DNA from: the human T2T-CHM13v2.0 reference genome, Homo sapiens
Reading direction: 5' to 3' (one strand)
Assembly (NCBI RefSeq): GCF_009914755.1
Contig: NC_060929.1
DNA length: 64,000 nt
This document shows, piece by piece, positions 13,505 to 28,982 of this stretch. The notes under the pieces were generated by a model. That model searched no databases, had not been told where the DNA came from, and saw nothing but the letters and a program-made list of their open reading frames with translations. A program made the position numbers and the translations under genes. The stretch's first letter is position 1. The number at the start of each line of letters is the position of its first letter.

Positions 13505-14310
13505 TTTGTTTAAAATCAACTTTCTTGGGGTATAATTTACATAAATAAAAAACATCCATTTTAATTAAATAGTTTCATAAGTTTTGACAAATGTACATAT
13601 TAATGTACCACCCACCCCCCCATTAAGGTATAGGACAATTCTGTTATCCCCAAATCCTTTGTCTCCTTCCTGAACAATTCCCTCTCCCTGTCTCCAAGCA
13701 ACCAGTGATAAACTTTTTATCACAATAGATTAGAATTTCATATAGACAATCCAAAGTTTCATGAAAATGAAATTACACAGCATGTACTCTGGTGACTGAC
13801 GTTTTGCTCAGAAAAATATATGTAAGTTTCATCCATATTGTTGTGTGTATAAGCAACTTGTTCCTTTTTATATCTGAATACAACTCTATTGTATGGATAT
13901 GCCAATATTTGTGTATTCATTCACAAGTCAATTGACATTTAGATTGTTTTTGGGTTTTGGCTAAGATAAAGTTGCTATGAAAATTTCTGTAAAAGTCTTT
14001 GAATATTTGTATGTTTTCATCCTCTAGGGTAAAACCTAGAAGTGAAATGACTGGGTTACAGGATAGGCATATATATAGGTTTGTAAGAAAATGCCAATTT
14101 TCCAAAGTTACAATTGGAAATGTTATATATTCATCAGAATGTATGATAGTTTTATTACTTTACACTCTTGTCAACATTTGGTATTGTCAGCCTTTTTAAT
14201 TTAGCCAATCAAATGGGTGTGTAGTGGTATCTTTTTTTTAATATTTATTTCTCTGATTACTAATGATATTGATCATTTTTTCGAGTGCGTATCTGTCAAC
14301 TTTTTATTTT
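13505..14310 (-). mobile_element. L1MB/L1MC-type 3' end
   Basis: caactttcttggggtataatttacata...; ccaagcaaccagtgat; tttctctgattactaatgatattgatcat. Confidence 0.8.
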
Positions 14311-14316
14311 CTCTCT

Positions 14317-14412
14317 TATCTATCTATCTATCATCTATCTCTATCATGTGTCTAATCTATCTATCATCTATCCTATTTATCTATCTATCATCTATCTATC
14401 ATCATCATCTAT
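14317..14412. repeat. Imperfect (TCTA)n/(TCA)n microsatellite
   Basis: tatctatctatctatcatctatc... Confidence 0.9.
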
Positions 14413-15621
14413 TTATTTGTATTGAGAAATAGAGACAGTCTGACCCATTTGTGTTTTTCCTTGATGTCCCAGATGATTCCCAAATGCTCTGCCCTCTGGA
14501 GGATTGGAATTTGAGTGTTTCTCTTTTGTTTGAGCTCTGGGAATTGTTCATCTTAAGACTCCTTGATTATTATTTTCCCTGCCTCTTTTACATGCACAGA
14601 TTAGCACTCAGTTCATTTTTAAAGGAACTTGTGCAGTTTTTTTGATAACTTCCTCTTCCTCCTCCTTTTTCTTTTGTAGCTTCCTTCTCTGTTTCATAAC
14701 TTCTAGCCGCCTGATTGTTCTGAAGCCCTAATCTCTGTCTTCTCACATTCTATAATTTTTTGTGCTCTGCGTGGAGTTCTCTACCCCAGCTTCATGATCC
14801 AGAATATTGGATGACATAGAAGCCAAAATGATTGTGAGGCTCACTCATTTGTTTTTTTTTTTATTCTCAGGATCATATGTTTGCACTATTTGTTGTGCAA
14901 TGTCTGAAAACAATTGTCTGATATATTTTTTTCAATTTCTTATTTTGGTATGGGGCTAAATACGTTTGCTGTTACTCCAAATGGTCAATGGCAAAAATCC
15001 TATGACTTCTTTTTTATGTATTCTCGAACCCCTTACACTCAGCTGAACCCTCAAAGGTTGGCTTATCAAAATTCACTGACTTTAAATTTGTTGAATCCTT
15101 TAAATTTGTTCAATTTCCCTCTGCCTACAGTGGGTGTTCCTAATCTTTACTGTTCTCCCTATGCTCCATCTAATCTTTTCTAGATTTGTTTTTGCAGATT
15201 TCTAGAGTTTTTCTTCTCTGTAGAAATAGAAAGGATCAATCATAACCTCCCTCAATTTCACTCCAGCATCCCTCCAATGTCTGGTGAGGTATCCTGCTCC
15301 TTGCTTTAAAGTGCAGTGCCCAATCAATATTAATAAATTTCACTTTCATATAATTATATTTTCTTTACTCTTTCATTCTCCAAATTGACCTGTACATCAA
15401 CATTTCTCTCCATCTATTGTTTTATCTTTATCTTGCCGCTTAAAATTAATGCATGATCTTCATTCTTAGATTTCTCTCTTGCTATGAGTTGTCAGTTTTC
15501 TTCTTTGAGTTAGCACATTTATGAAAAACCCTCAGTGTAACAGTTATTAAGGCTTGATCCAGTTGCCAAGTCTCTTTTCTTATACATTTTTATCACTTAA
15601 TTTCTTTGAGTACTCCTACAA

Positions 15622-15820
15622 AAGGGGCTTCTCAGCCTCAGCCTTACTGTCATTTTGATCTAGCTTAGTTGAGGGGGAAGTTTTTCTGTGCATGGCAGGA
15701 TGTTTAGCAGCATCTGTGACCTCCACCAAGATGCCAATAATGTCCATCCCTCCACCCAAGTTGTGACAAAATGTCTCCAGACATTGCCTGGGCAAAATCA
15801 TCCCCAGTTAAGAACTCCTG
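15622..15820 (+). mobile_element. MER20 (hAT-Charlie MITE)
   Basis: ctgtgcatggcaggatgtttagcagcatc...aatgtctccagacattgcc...ccccagttaagaactcctg. Confidence 0.88.
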
Positions 15821-15824
15821 ACTT

Positions 15825-16363
<539 letters not shown>

Positions 16364-16409
16364 TCACTTATTTATTATAATATTAATTATCATTTTTTCT
16401 GTTTCCTCT

Positions 16410-17490
16410 TTTTTATTTTATGTTATTAGAAATTTTTATTTTTAATTTTTGTGGGTACATATTGGTGTATATATTTATGGGGTACATGAGATATTTTGAT
16501 ACAGGCATACAAGGCATAATAATCACATCAGTGTAAATGGGATGTTCATCATTTCAAGCATTTATTCTTTCTTTGTGTTACAAACAGACCAATTTTACTC
16601 TTTTAGTTATTTTAAAATGTACAATAATTATTATTGACTGTAGTCACTCTGTTGTGCTATCACATACTAGATTATATTCATTCTAACTACATTTTTGTTC
16701 CCATTAACCATCCTTACTCCCCCCCGATCGCCACCATCCTTCCCAGCTTCTGCTAACCATCATTCTACTCTATCTCCATAAGTTCAATTGTTTTAGTTTT
16801 TAGCTTCCACAAATAAGTGAGAACATGTGAAGTTTGTCTTTCTGTGCCTGGTTTATTTCACTTAAAATAGTAACATCGATGTTGTTGGAAAAATGAAAGG
16901 ATCTTATTCTTTTTTATGGCTGAATAGTACTCCATTGTTTATATGTACCACATTTTCTTCATCTATTCATCTGTTGATGGACAATTAGGTTACATCCAAA
17001 TATTGGCTACTGTGAATGGTGCTGCAATGAGCCTCGGAGTGCAGCTATCTCTTTGATATACTGATTTCCTTTCTTTTGGGTATACACCTAGCAGTGGGAC
17101 TGCTAGATCATATAGTAGTCTATTTTTACTTCTTTACTGTTCAGCCATAAAAAAGAATAAGATAAAATACAAAACATAAGACATTTTGAGAAACCTCCAA
17201 ATTTTTCTCCATGGTGGTTGTACTAATTTACATTCCCACAAACAGCATACAAGGGTTTCCTTTTCTCCACATCCTCTCCAGCATTTGTTATTGCCTGTCT
17301 TTTAGATAAAAGCCATTTTTATTGGGGTGCAATGATTTCTCATTGTAGTTTTGATTTGCATTTCTCTGATGATCAGTGATGTTGAGCGTCTTTTGACATG
17401 CCTGTTTGCCATTTGTATGTCTTCTTTTGAGTATTCTTTATTCAGCTCTTTTGCCCATTTTAAAAATTGGATTAATTTTTTTCCTATATT
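16410..17490 (-). mobile_element. L1MA1-4/L1PB-type 3' end
   Basis: tttttgtgggtacatattggtgtatatatttatggggtacatgagatattttgatacaggcat; ORF2 remnant in ORF 17302-17604 ([30 protein letters not shown]). Confidence 0.92.
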
Positions 17491-17879
17491 GTTGTTCATT
17501 ATTTCTTTTTTATTCTCATTTATTATGGCATATGCATCAAATTTTGCATTTCTTACACTGATAACTTCTCTTTTCCTAAAAAGGTATGGAAGGTATGATT
17601 TCATACCTTCCTTAGACAGTTGTCTTTTCTTCTTCTTTTTAGATTAACTTTTAAAACAGTGAACCTGCATTCATTGTTATAAATTCTATTTATATCCTAG
17701 TATCTGGCCTCTATCCCAGTCACCTTACTGAAATTGCTCACACAAAGATCAACCATATCTTTTTGTTTAACATTTTGTAGATAGAAATTAAGTATGCAGA
17801 TAGTTTAGGCAGTTTTCTCAAGGCTTGTAAAGAAACAAAAAACGAAAACAAAAGTTGCCATCCCTTCACCCTTCATCTG

Positions 17880-19297
17880 GCTTCACCTATCTTTGCTGCC
17901 CAGAAATCAAGCATTCTGTATTCATTTAGATGATTATTCAAGTATTTATCTTCATATTTTTCAGTAACAGGCTGTGATGGCTAATTTTATGTGTCAAATC
18001 AACTAGGTCATGGGGTGCCTGAATATTTGGTTAAACATTAATTCTGGGTGGGCTTGTGAAAGTGTTTTGGGAAGAGATTAGCATTTCAGCCCATAGATGT
18101 AAAGCAGATTGCCCTCCCCAATGTGGGTGAGCATCATCCAATGCATTGAGGGTTTAAATAGACCAAAATGTGAAAGAAGGGGGAATTATCTCTCTCTCTC
18201 TGCCTAATGCTTGAGCTGGCACATTAGGCTTCTTCTGCCCTCAGACTGAGACTTAGAACGCCAGCTGTCTTGGGTCTCCAGCTCACAGACAGCAGGTTGT
18301 GGATCTTTTCAGCTTCCATAATCATGAGAGCCAATGCCTTATAAGAAATCTCTCTCTATATAAAATATAAAACATAGATAAACATACACAAAATTATAAA
18401 CATATGTATATATACATATGTCTTATTGCTTCTGTTTCTGTGGAGAATCCTGACTACTACACATGCTTATACTGTACTGACAAAATTTCTTTTTTTTGGA
18501 TTTAGATATTATCTATTGACTTCTTACCCTAGAAAATTGATGTTTACTTTTCTTATTCCCCCATGTGCTGGCATGTGAACACACTCCTTCTTTCTATCCA
18601 TTCTTGTTACTTACATTATTATTTTTAATGTTTGCATTATGACCACCTAAGCTGAACTGACTAGAGTCTTTTATTGGAAGATTCTGAATTATCAATATTT
18701 CAATATTTTTACTTTTATATTGGTCTATTTCCTCCTGGGGGAACCCTCTAATTTCCTGGGAAGATATACACTTTGCTGTATTTCCTTTTTTTTTTGGCTG
18801 TATTTCCTCTTGGGGCTAAGTGAAGAAAAAAAGAACAAGTGTTTCATCATTCATTGCACAAGAGTTTCACCTTATCCTCTTATTTTCAGTATGATGCACT
18901 CATCATCAGCTGGGCCTGTTTGTTCTTGAGTCTACATCCCCTGTTTCACTTCTCCAAAGGAATAAACCATTCAGCTTCTATTGTATGGAGCAGGAGCAGT
19001 TGCCTTTCAGTGTGGAATAAGGGGTAGGAATCTGAGAATTGAAGTGATTCTTGTAATCTCCAGCACAAACTACACCACCAGTTTTTAGGAATAGTAGTTC
19101 TTTTGATTCCTGAGGTGTTCTGAGATTCTGTGTCATGAATACATTTGCTTCTTGGGTTTTCCTACTTCTAGCTTAGGCTTTGGCTTTACTTGTTTTGCTG
19201 ATAGTTACTAATCAACTGTCTGCTTTCTAGGTAGGTTCTTAATTTTGTTGCTGTCACTTCCTTTCATGTTACCTTAATCCTAGCATATTTATCCATT
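17880..19297 (-). mobile_element. HAL1/L1ME-like relic interrupted by the MLT2 LTR
   Basis: tcttcatatt...taaca|tgcttatactg...tttagatattatctattgacttc reads continuously across the LTR. Confidence 0.5.
17973..18461 (+). mobile_element. MLT2 (ERVL) solo LTR
   Basis: Starts tgtgatggctaattttatgtgtcaa and ends ctgtttctgtggagaatcctgactactaca; near-TSD caggc/catgc. Confidence 0.9.
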
Positions 19298-19314
19298 TTA
19301 TCTATCTATTTCTT

Positions 19315-19617
19315 TCTTTCTTTTTTTTTTTTTTTTTGAGATGGAGTCTTACTCTGTCACCTAGGCTGGAGTGCAGCGGCATGATCTTGGCTCACTGCAA
19401 CCGCTGCTGCCTGGGTTCAAGCGATTCTCCTGCCTCAGCCTCCTGAGTAGCTGGGATTACAGGTGGCTGCCACTGCGCCTGGCTAATTTTTGTATTTTTA
19501 GTAGAGACAGGGTTTCACCATCTTGGTCAGGCTGGTCTTGAACTCCTGACCTCGTGATCCACGCACCTTGGCCTCCCAAAGTCCTGGGATTACAGGTGTG
19601 AGCCACTGCACCCTGCC
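19315..19617 (-). mobile_element. AluS (Sg-like)
   Basis: Full dimer; 17-bp TSD ttatctatctatttctt at 19298-19314 and 19618-19634. Confidence 0.95.
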
Positions 19618-19839
19618 TTATCTATCTATTTCTTAGTTTTCCCCCTAATCTTATTTTAGTGAAGGTTTGAAGAAGAGCAGTTGCAAACCAAAATGTTCAA
19701 TCCACCACATTTAACCTGAAGTCCACAGTGATGGCCCCTTTTAATCTTCATTCCTCTTGACGTATTTATAGAATTGATTAGTATTAGCCCTTTTTTGGTA
19801 AACTTTCTATTCTCCTGGCTTCTTTGATATTACTTTTAT

Positions 19840-21298
<1,459 letters not shown>

Positions 21299-22189
21299 AA
21301 CATTTTGATTTTTTGGTTAGGAGTCTTTGATGGTCTCAGCAACAGTAGTTTTAGAAATGGGTTTTGCCAGTGTTCAATCTGTAATATTAATTGTATATTC
21401 CACTAGTCTTCAAATGTTCTCTAAAACAATTATATGACAATATCTTCACATTCTTGCAACATCTTGGCAGTATAATTGATCTGTGTTAGGGACTTGAACT
21501 ATATACTCTTTTAATGAAGACAACAAGTGATCATGTTTGTACACAGTTTTCAATTTCACAGCACTGAGTTTCTGGAAGATATAAGTTATGTATATCATGT
21601 AGTCACAATGAACTGGGTAAATAAACAAGGCAAAGTGGTAACAATGCAAGCTCTTTATGATACCTTCCAGAAAAGCAAGCACTGACAGTAGGACAGCAAG
21701 GTATTTAGACTGGAAAGTTTATTTGCATTAGGTGTGAGCTCTAAAGGAATGGTGGGCAGGTACCATGCCCAAGAAGAACTCAAGCTCAAAGCAATTTACT
21801 TTGATCAATAACTCATATCTTCATTTATCTGATCTCAGATCTCAGTCATCCTCTGCACAAACCACTCCCCGTTCATCCGTCCTTCTTGTAGTGATAAGAA
21901 TGTCAGCACTATATAGTTTTCTTATTATCAGGACTTAGTCTTCAATTATGATTGAGGCATTTTTGTTGATTAATTTATGCTATTCTTATTTGTTTTTATT
22001 TTTGTTAGCATAACACACCGTATATTTCCAAATATATATTCAAAGTCCCTTTTCCAATGAAAGACATATCCTTCTGAGTTGGTCTAATAACCTCTTCTAC
22101 TAAATTTAATAGATCTTCTTTTGGTCATTAATGATTCATACTCAACACTTCTTGCATTCACATACTGAATCGCACATCCTGGCCTTTGA

Positions 22190-22365
22190 GCTTCAATTAC
22201 TTCAGTGTCTTGTTTGTTCTTCCATTTGCAGTTTTGAAGACTGATTCTTTGATAGAGAGGACAAAAGAAAAATAGGACTTGAGAAGTTCTGTGATTTTTA
22301 TTGCCATCTGTTAACATTATGCCATCTGCTTTAAATACTGATTTAACCCTCTTTTTCTGTGCTTT
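22190..22365 (-). mobile_element. CR1/L3 fragment
   Basis: aaataggacttgagaagttctg...catctgttaacattatgccatctgc matches remembered L3/CR1 consensus. Confidence 0.6.
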
Positions 22366-22422
22366 TAAAATGAATCTGTTTCTTTTTCTCCCTTGTGTTG
22401 TTTGTGATTGTGTTGTCAGAAT

Positions 22423-22522
22423 CTCCCTCCTGCCAGCCTCCCTCCCTCCCTCTCTTCCTCTCTCTTTCTTTTTCTCCTTCCCTCACTCCTTTCCTCCTTT
22501 CATTCCTTCCTCCTTCCCTTCC
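22423..22522. repeat. CT-rich polypyrimidine tract ((CCTT)n/(CCCT)n)
   Basis: Nearly pure C/T over about 100 bp. Confidence 0.9.
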
Positions 22523-24049
22523 TGAGAAGCTCATTTTCTTGGACTACTGTCTAGTATCTTAGACCAAGTGATTATACCTATTTTTCATATAAAATGCTTG
22601 AAGGTATTTATTTAAAGTCTAGGATACCTGATTGTTATGCTCAGGGTTCTTTTCCTAAACTCCATGTATGCATGCATATGTGTGTGCTTGCTGGTATGGT
22701 GAGGTGGGACGGAGAAGGACTGGGCTGGCAGGAAGGCAGAAACCTGATCATCTCTGATTTGTGTTCTAAGTTACATAGCCTTGACTCATGACACCACCAT
22801 CAGCCTAATGTCTCCAAACAAGAAATTCTCATGCCATCCTAGGCTCTTCCTATTTCTTATTTCTTGCATTCAATTAGTTCCATGTGCCTATTGATTCTAC
22901 CCAGGGATAGCGTTTCAAATAGACTGCTACCTTTTACTTCACTGCCACCTCACTCCCTTAGTTTTAGGCTCTTCTAACCTGATCAGTTTCACAGCTTCAG
23001 GCTGTACAGTCCCCATTTCTCCATCTTCCTTCTCATGCTCTCTAGTCACCTGCCTCATCCCATATTCTCATTAACCTCATGATGACTCGTCATCACTGTT
23101 GGAAACTTCGACATCCACCTAGAGGATCTAGCCAGCACAAGGTCTCTCATTTCATTAAACTCCTAAATTTTAATTTTTGTTTTCTGCATCTTCTTAAACC
23201 AACCACTGCCATAATAATCACCAATAACTATCCTGCCTCTATATTTTTGATTTCAAACATTTCATTCTCTTATTATCCCTTCTTAGCCTTTCATCTTTCT
23301 TGGTCTAATATTCTCATTTGAATAATTCCCCAAACTTTATGAAGACTTCCATCTATTGACCTTACCTTTTCTTCACTAGACTTAATTTTTCAACTTTTAT
23401 TTTTATTTCTGTATTATTATGTTCAGAGATAATTTTTCTAGTTTTATAATTGGAGACAGTAGACAATTTATTTCTTTAGAGTGTGTCTTTACCTACAATC
23501 TCAGACTCCCAGATTGCAAAGTTTGGGCAAGTTTTAATATTGCTGTTCCTTTTTGTGAGTCCTGGTGGAGCTGAAAAAAAAATGATTTTAAGTCAAGAAA
23601 AGAATCTAAATATTACAATTCACTACACCAGCAGGCAAGACTTGGGCCATACTGACTGAAAGAGGCTGAATGGTTATTCTAAAAACGTTTAGGAAGCAGG
23701 TGCAATAACAGCAACATGGACCGAGTGTATATGTTTTAGCCTTAAGCTAGATGGTCATTCATACAGACCTCCCTTTCATGAGGTCAGCTGATTTCTGTGT
23801 CTTCCTGTTTCAGACAAGTAAGGGTTGTGACTCCCTTGGCAAAATTAATCCACCAAACCTTTTTCAGATATAGTTAAATTTCAGTTATATGCTTAAACTT
23901 CAAATGTATTAGTGGCTTCTAACTTCAAACAACTTTAGTACTATAGATGTTTATCTGCTAGCTTTATTAACCAAAGTCTACAAGCTTTAACTACATTAAT
24001 AGATAATCTGGTGATCAAAGAAAGTTTCCCTGCATTATAGTATTTGCTT

Positions 24050-25750
24050 GAGGGGCCACTTACCAAGATGGGTCATCATCTTACTTGACTTGCAAGCATC
24101 ATTTGACAGAAGTGACCCCTCTCTCCTTCTCAGAACACTTGCTTTTTTGTGCTTCTGTAATATTACACTCACTGCATTCCTTGATACCTCACCAGTCACT
24201 TCTTTTAGTCATATTTTCTAACTTACCCTTCTCCACCATATACTGAAGCACCCCTTGACTGTCTTTGTCTTTTTTTCTGCTACCTAATGGGTTCACTAAA
24301 TGATAACTTCCATAGCCATGACTTTAAATATTATCTATAGGTTGAGGTTCATCCAATTTATATGGTCAATCTTTACCTCTCCCCTGAATCCTAGACTTTT
24401 ACATCTACTGCCTTATTGGCATCTCTGTTTCAATTTCTGATAGACAATTCAAACCCAGCATGGCCAACTTAGAATGTAGATCTACCTCCCACCCTATTTT
24501 TTCCCTTCAAATTTCCCTCATCGCAGAATAGCAGTACTGTTCACCCAGTAGTCTAGGCCAAAATTTTAGGAAACATCCTTGATTTATCTTCTTTCCTCAT
24601 ATCCCCAAACTCGTTCATAAATAAGTCTTGTTGGTTTGAATTATGGAAAACAGCATGGAGATTCCTTAAAGAATGAAAAGTAGAACTACTATTTGATCCA
24701 GCAATCTCACTACTGGGTATCTATCCAGGGGAAAAGAAGTCATTATATGAAAATGATACTTGCCCACACATGTTTATAGCAGCACAGTTTTTGCAAAATC
24801 ATGGAACCAACCCAAATGCCCATCAATCAACGAGTGGGTAAAGAAACTGTGATATATATATATAATCTCCACACACAATGGAATACCACTCAGCCATAAA
24901 AAGGAATAAATTAATGGCATTCAAAGCAACCTGGATGGGATTGGAGACTATTATTCTAAGTGAAGTAATTATATGTTCTCACTCATAAGTGGGAGCTAAG
25001 CTATGAGGATGCAAAGGCAGAAGAATAATACAATAGACTTTGGGGCCTGTCGGGGGAAAGGGTGGGAAGGGGGTGAGAGAAGGCTACAAATTTGGTTTAG
25101 TGTATACTGCTTGGGTGATAGGCGCACCAAACTCTCACAAATCACCGCTAAAGAACTTACTCATGTAACCAAATGCCACCTGTTCCCCAAAACCTATGGA
25201 AATAAAATAAATATTATCTTGAAACTGAATACTTCTTATTACCTTCACCCAAAATATCCTAATTGTAAACCTCTATCATTTCTCAGCTATAATATTTTAA
25301 TACCCATCTAATTAATCTCTTTGCTTTACTTTTGCCTCTCCAAAAATACCATAAGACATATCATGGCACAAATATTCTTTCCATGTATAAGTTGGATTAT
25401 GGCATTCTTTCTGTTTGAAAATCCTCCAGTGGCTTCCATTGCAACCTGAATAAAATGCAAATAAACTTCTTACCCTGATCTGTATTTTCTGGCCTTCTGA
25501 CTACCTTTATGACTTAATTAATCTGCATTCTTCTTATTCAGTACACTCTGGCCACAATGCCTAGAAAAGTGCCAAGTTTATCTTTTTTTTTCTTTTTCTT
25601 TTTTAACCCTAACCCTAACAAGTATTTTCTTGGCTTGGAAATAGTTTATTTTTTTTTCTTGAGTGTCTCTATTTCACAACTTAGATATTATTTCACAGAT
25701 CATGTCCTCCAAGAGAACATCCCTGACTACTGTAATTATAGCAGGCCTCA
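24050..25750. mobile_element. L2 element split by an L1PB insertion
   Basis: catcttacttgacttg..agcatcatttgaca, ccatgactttaaata, ctctcccctgaatcctagact, catccttgat; continues after 25215 (aaaatcctccagtggcttcc). Confidence 0.7.
24642..25212 (+). mobile_element. L1PB 3' end
   Basis: tatggaaaacagcatggagattccttaaagaa...aaatcaccgctaaagaacttactcatgtaaccaaa...cctatggaaataaaa. Confidence 0.93.
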
Positions 25751-25759
25751 TCATTTTCT

Positions 25760-26900
25760 TATGGTTATAGGACTGAGGTTTCCATTTTCCTACTAGCTAT
25801 TGGCTAGTAACTGCATTCAACTCCTAGCTGTTGACATATCTCCTATAGTTTACAATATGGATGTTTGCTTTCTTCCAGACTAGTCATATTGTGCCTGCCT
25901 CTATGCCTTTCTCTTCTGTGACAAGCTGAAGAAAACTTTTTTTTTATTATACTTTAAGTTTTAGGGTACATATGCACAACGTGCAGGTTAGTTACATATG
26001 TATACATGTGCCATGTTGGTGTGCTGCACCCAGTAACTCGTCATTTAACATTAGGTATATCTCCAAATGCTATCCCTCTCCCCTCCCCTCACCCCACAAC
26101 AGGCCCCGGTGTGTGATGTTCCCCTTCCTGTGTCCATGTGTTCTCATTGTTCAATTCCCACCTATGAGTGAGAACATGTGGTGTTTGGATTTTTGTCCTT
26201 GAGATAGTTTGCTGAGAATGATGGTTTCCAGCTTCATCCATGTCTCTACAAAGGACATGAACTCATCATTTTTTATGGCTGCATAGTATTCCATGGTGTA
26301 TATGTGCCACATTTTCTTAATCCAGTCTATCATTGTTGGACATTTGGCTTGGTTCCAAGTCTTTGCTATCGTGAATAGTGCCGCAATAAACATACATGTG
26401 CATGTGTCTTTATAGCAGCATGATTTATAATCCTTTGGGTATATACCCAGTAATGGGATGGCTGGGTCAAATGGTATTTCTAGTTCTAGATCCCTGAGGA
26501 ATCGCCACACTGTCTTCCACAATGGTTGAACTAGTTTACAGTCCCACCAACAGTGTAAAAGTGTTCCTATTTCTCCACATCCTCTCCAGCACCTGTTGTT
26601 TCCTGACATTTTAATGATTGCCATTCTAACTGGTGTGAGATGGTATCTCATTGTGGTTTTGATTTGCATTTCTCTGATGGCCAGTGATGATGAGTATTGA
26701 AAACTTTGGTTTTAAATAACTTACCAAATTACTTTTGGTCCATTCAAGATAAACACCATTTTGTCATATCATGTGATATAATCACATGAATGATATTTCA
26801 TCATATGCACAGGTTCAACTCATGCTCAAGGGCATTATATACAGCATTTACACCAGGGAAAGAAATTTTGGAGATCATATTAGGATTTTGTCTGCCATAG
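25760..26900 (-). mobile_element. MLT1E-like LTR interrupted by L1PA
   Basis: ggactgaggtttccattttc... and ...ttttggagatcatattaggattttgtctgccata (reverse of the MLT1 start). Confidence 0.6.
25937..26698 (-). mobile_element. Young 5'-truncated L1PA (about L1PA3-4) with an open ORF2 C-terminus
   Basis: Poly(T) plus canonical 3'UTR; ORF 26151-26669 gives 172 aa of ORF2p including the cysteine-rich [19 protein letters not shown] motif; TSD gaaaacttt at 25931 and 26699. Confidence 0.97.
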
Positions 26901-27142
26901 TTCTGTATTAAAGGAAATGAATTCAGTGTTAATAAACTTCCAGCAACGAAAACTTCAGGCCTAGTTTATTTCACTGGAAAATTCAACCAAACATTTAATG
27001 AAGAATGAATTCAAATCCTACATAAACTTCACCAGTAGAAGAAGATGAAAGTTGTTTACCAACTTATTTTATGAGTACAGCATTACCTTGATACTAAAAC
27101 CAAAGATATTACAAGAAAATTACAGACCAGTATCCTCATAAC

Positions 27143-27387
27143 CATATTTTCAAAAATCCTTAAGAAATATTATCAAATTAAACCCAACTATATATTAAAA
27201 TGATAATACATCATGATCAAATGGGATTTATTGCAGGAATTTGTCTTGTTTAACTTAAATCAAAACATATTTTCAAAAATCCTTAAGAAATATTATCAAA
27301 TTAAACCCAGCTACATATCAAAATGATAATACATCATGATCAAGTGGGATTTATTGCAGGAATTTAGTCTTGTTTAACTTAAATCAA
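27143..27387 (+). repeat. Tandem duplication, 123-bp period, 2 copies
   Basis: catattttcaaaaatccttaag...aacttaaatcaa at 27143 and 27266; about 4 substitutions and 1 indel. Confidence 0.95.
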
Positions 27388-27778
27388 TCTATAAAATTTA
27401 CCATATCAATAGATGAAAGGTCACATAATCATCTCAATAGATACAGAAAAGTATTTGAAAAAAATCAGCATCCACTCACACTGACAGAGACAAAACAGCA
27501 CAAAACTCTTAATGTACTAGGAAGTAATGGGAACTTCTTTAAACCAACAAAGGGAGTCTACAAAAAAACCTACTGCCAGTATCATACTTTATGGTAAAGG
27601 GCTGATTGCATTCTCTTTGGGATCATGTAGATCTTAGTGCACTAAGGCAAGAAAAAGAAGTAAAAGGCATACATATTAGAAAGAAAAATACAAAAACATC
27701 TCATTTGGAGATGACATTATTATCTACTTGGAAAATACCAAAAAATTCACAAAAAACTAATAAAAATGCAATAGTTAA

Positions 27779-28145
<367 letters not shown>

Positions 28146-28658
28146 GATAAATTATATTTTTATATATTGGGAATGAAAGTTTGGAAATTTAAATGTAACT
28201 ATAATAGGTTCAGAAGGATTAAAAACATGAAAATCAGGAATAACTCTCACAAAATATTTAAAATATTTGTATTCTGAAATGACAAAATATTGATTCCAAT
28301 TATAGAAATCAAAGGAGAATTATATAGATACACCATGGTCATGGATTAGAAGACTCTATGTTGGAATAAATGTCAATTTTCCCCAAATCTATAGATTCCA
28401 TGGTATTCTAATTAAAATTCCAGTAAAATTTTGTTTATTGGTTAGGGAATGACCAGCTCATTGTAAGATTCATATAGAAAGGAAAGAACTTAGAATGGCC
28501 AAAGAATTTTGAAAAATAGCAAAGTTGGGGGACTCATCATTACCTATTTCAATTCTTATCTTAAAGGCATAATAATGAAGTCAATGTCATATTGCTTGAA
28601 AGACAGACACAACAGATCAATAAATCAGAGTAGAGAATAATAGAAATAGACAAATTCA

Positions 28659-28982
<324 letters not shown>

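Noticed and set aside
15080-15115. 18-bp tandem duplication (similar ones at about 30431, 50940 and 56861)
   Set aside because: Ordinary slippage-scale duplications with no further structure.
25604-25619. Interstitial telomeric repeat (taaccctaaccctaac)
   Set aside because: Under three units, compatible with chance or a single slippage.
26151-26669. 172-aa ORF as a host gene
   Set aside because: It is the C-terminus of L1 ORF2p in a 5'-truncated insertion with no promoter.
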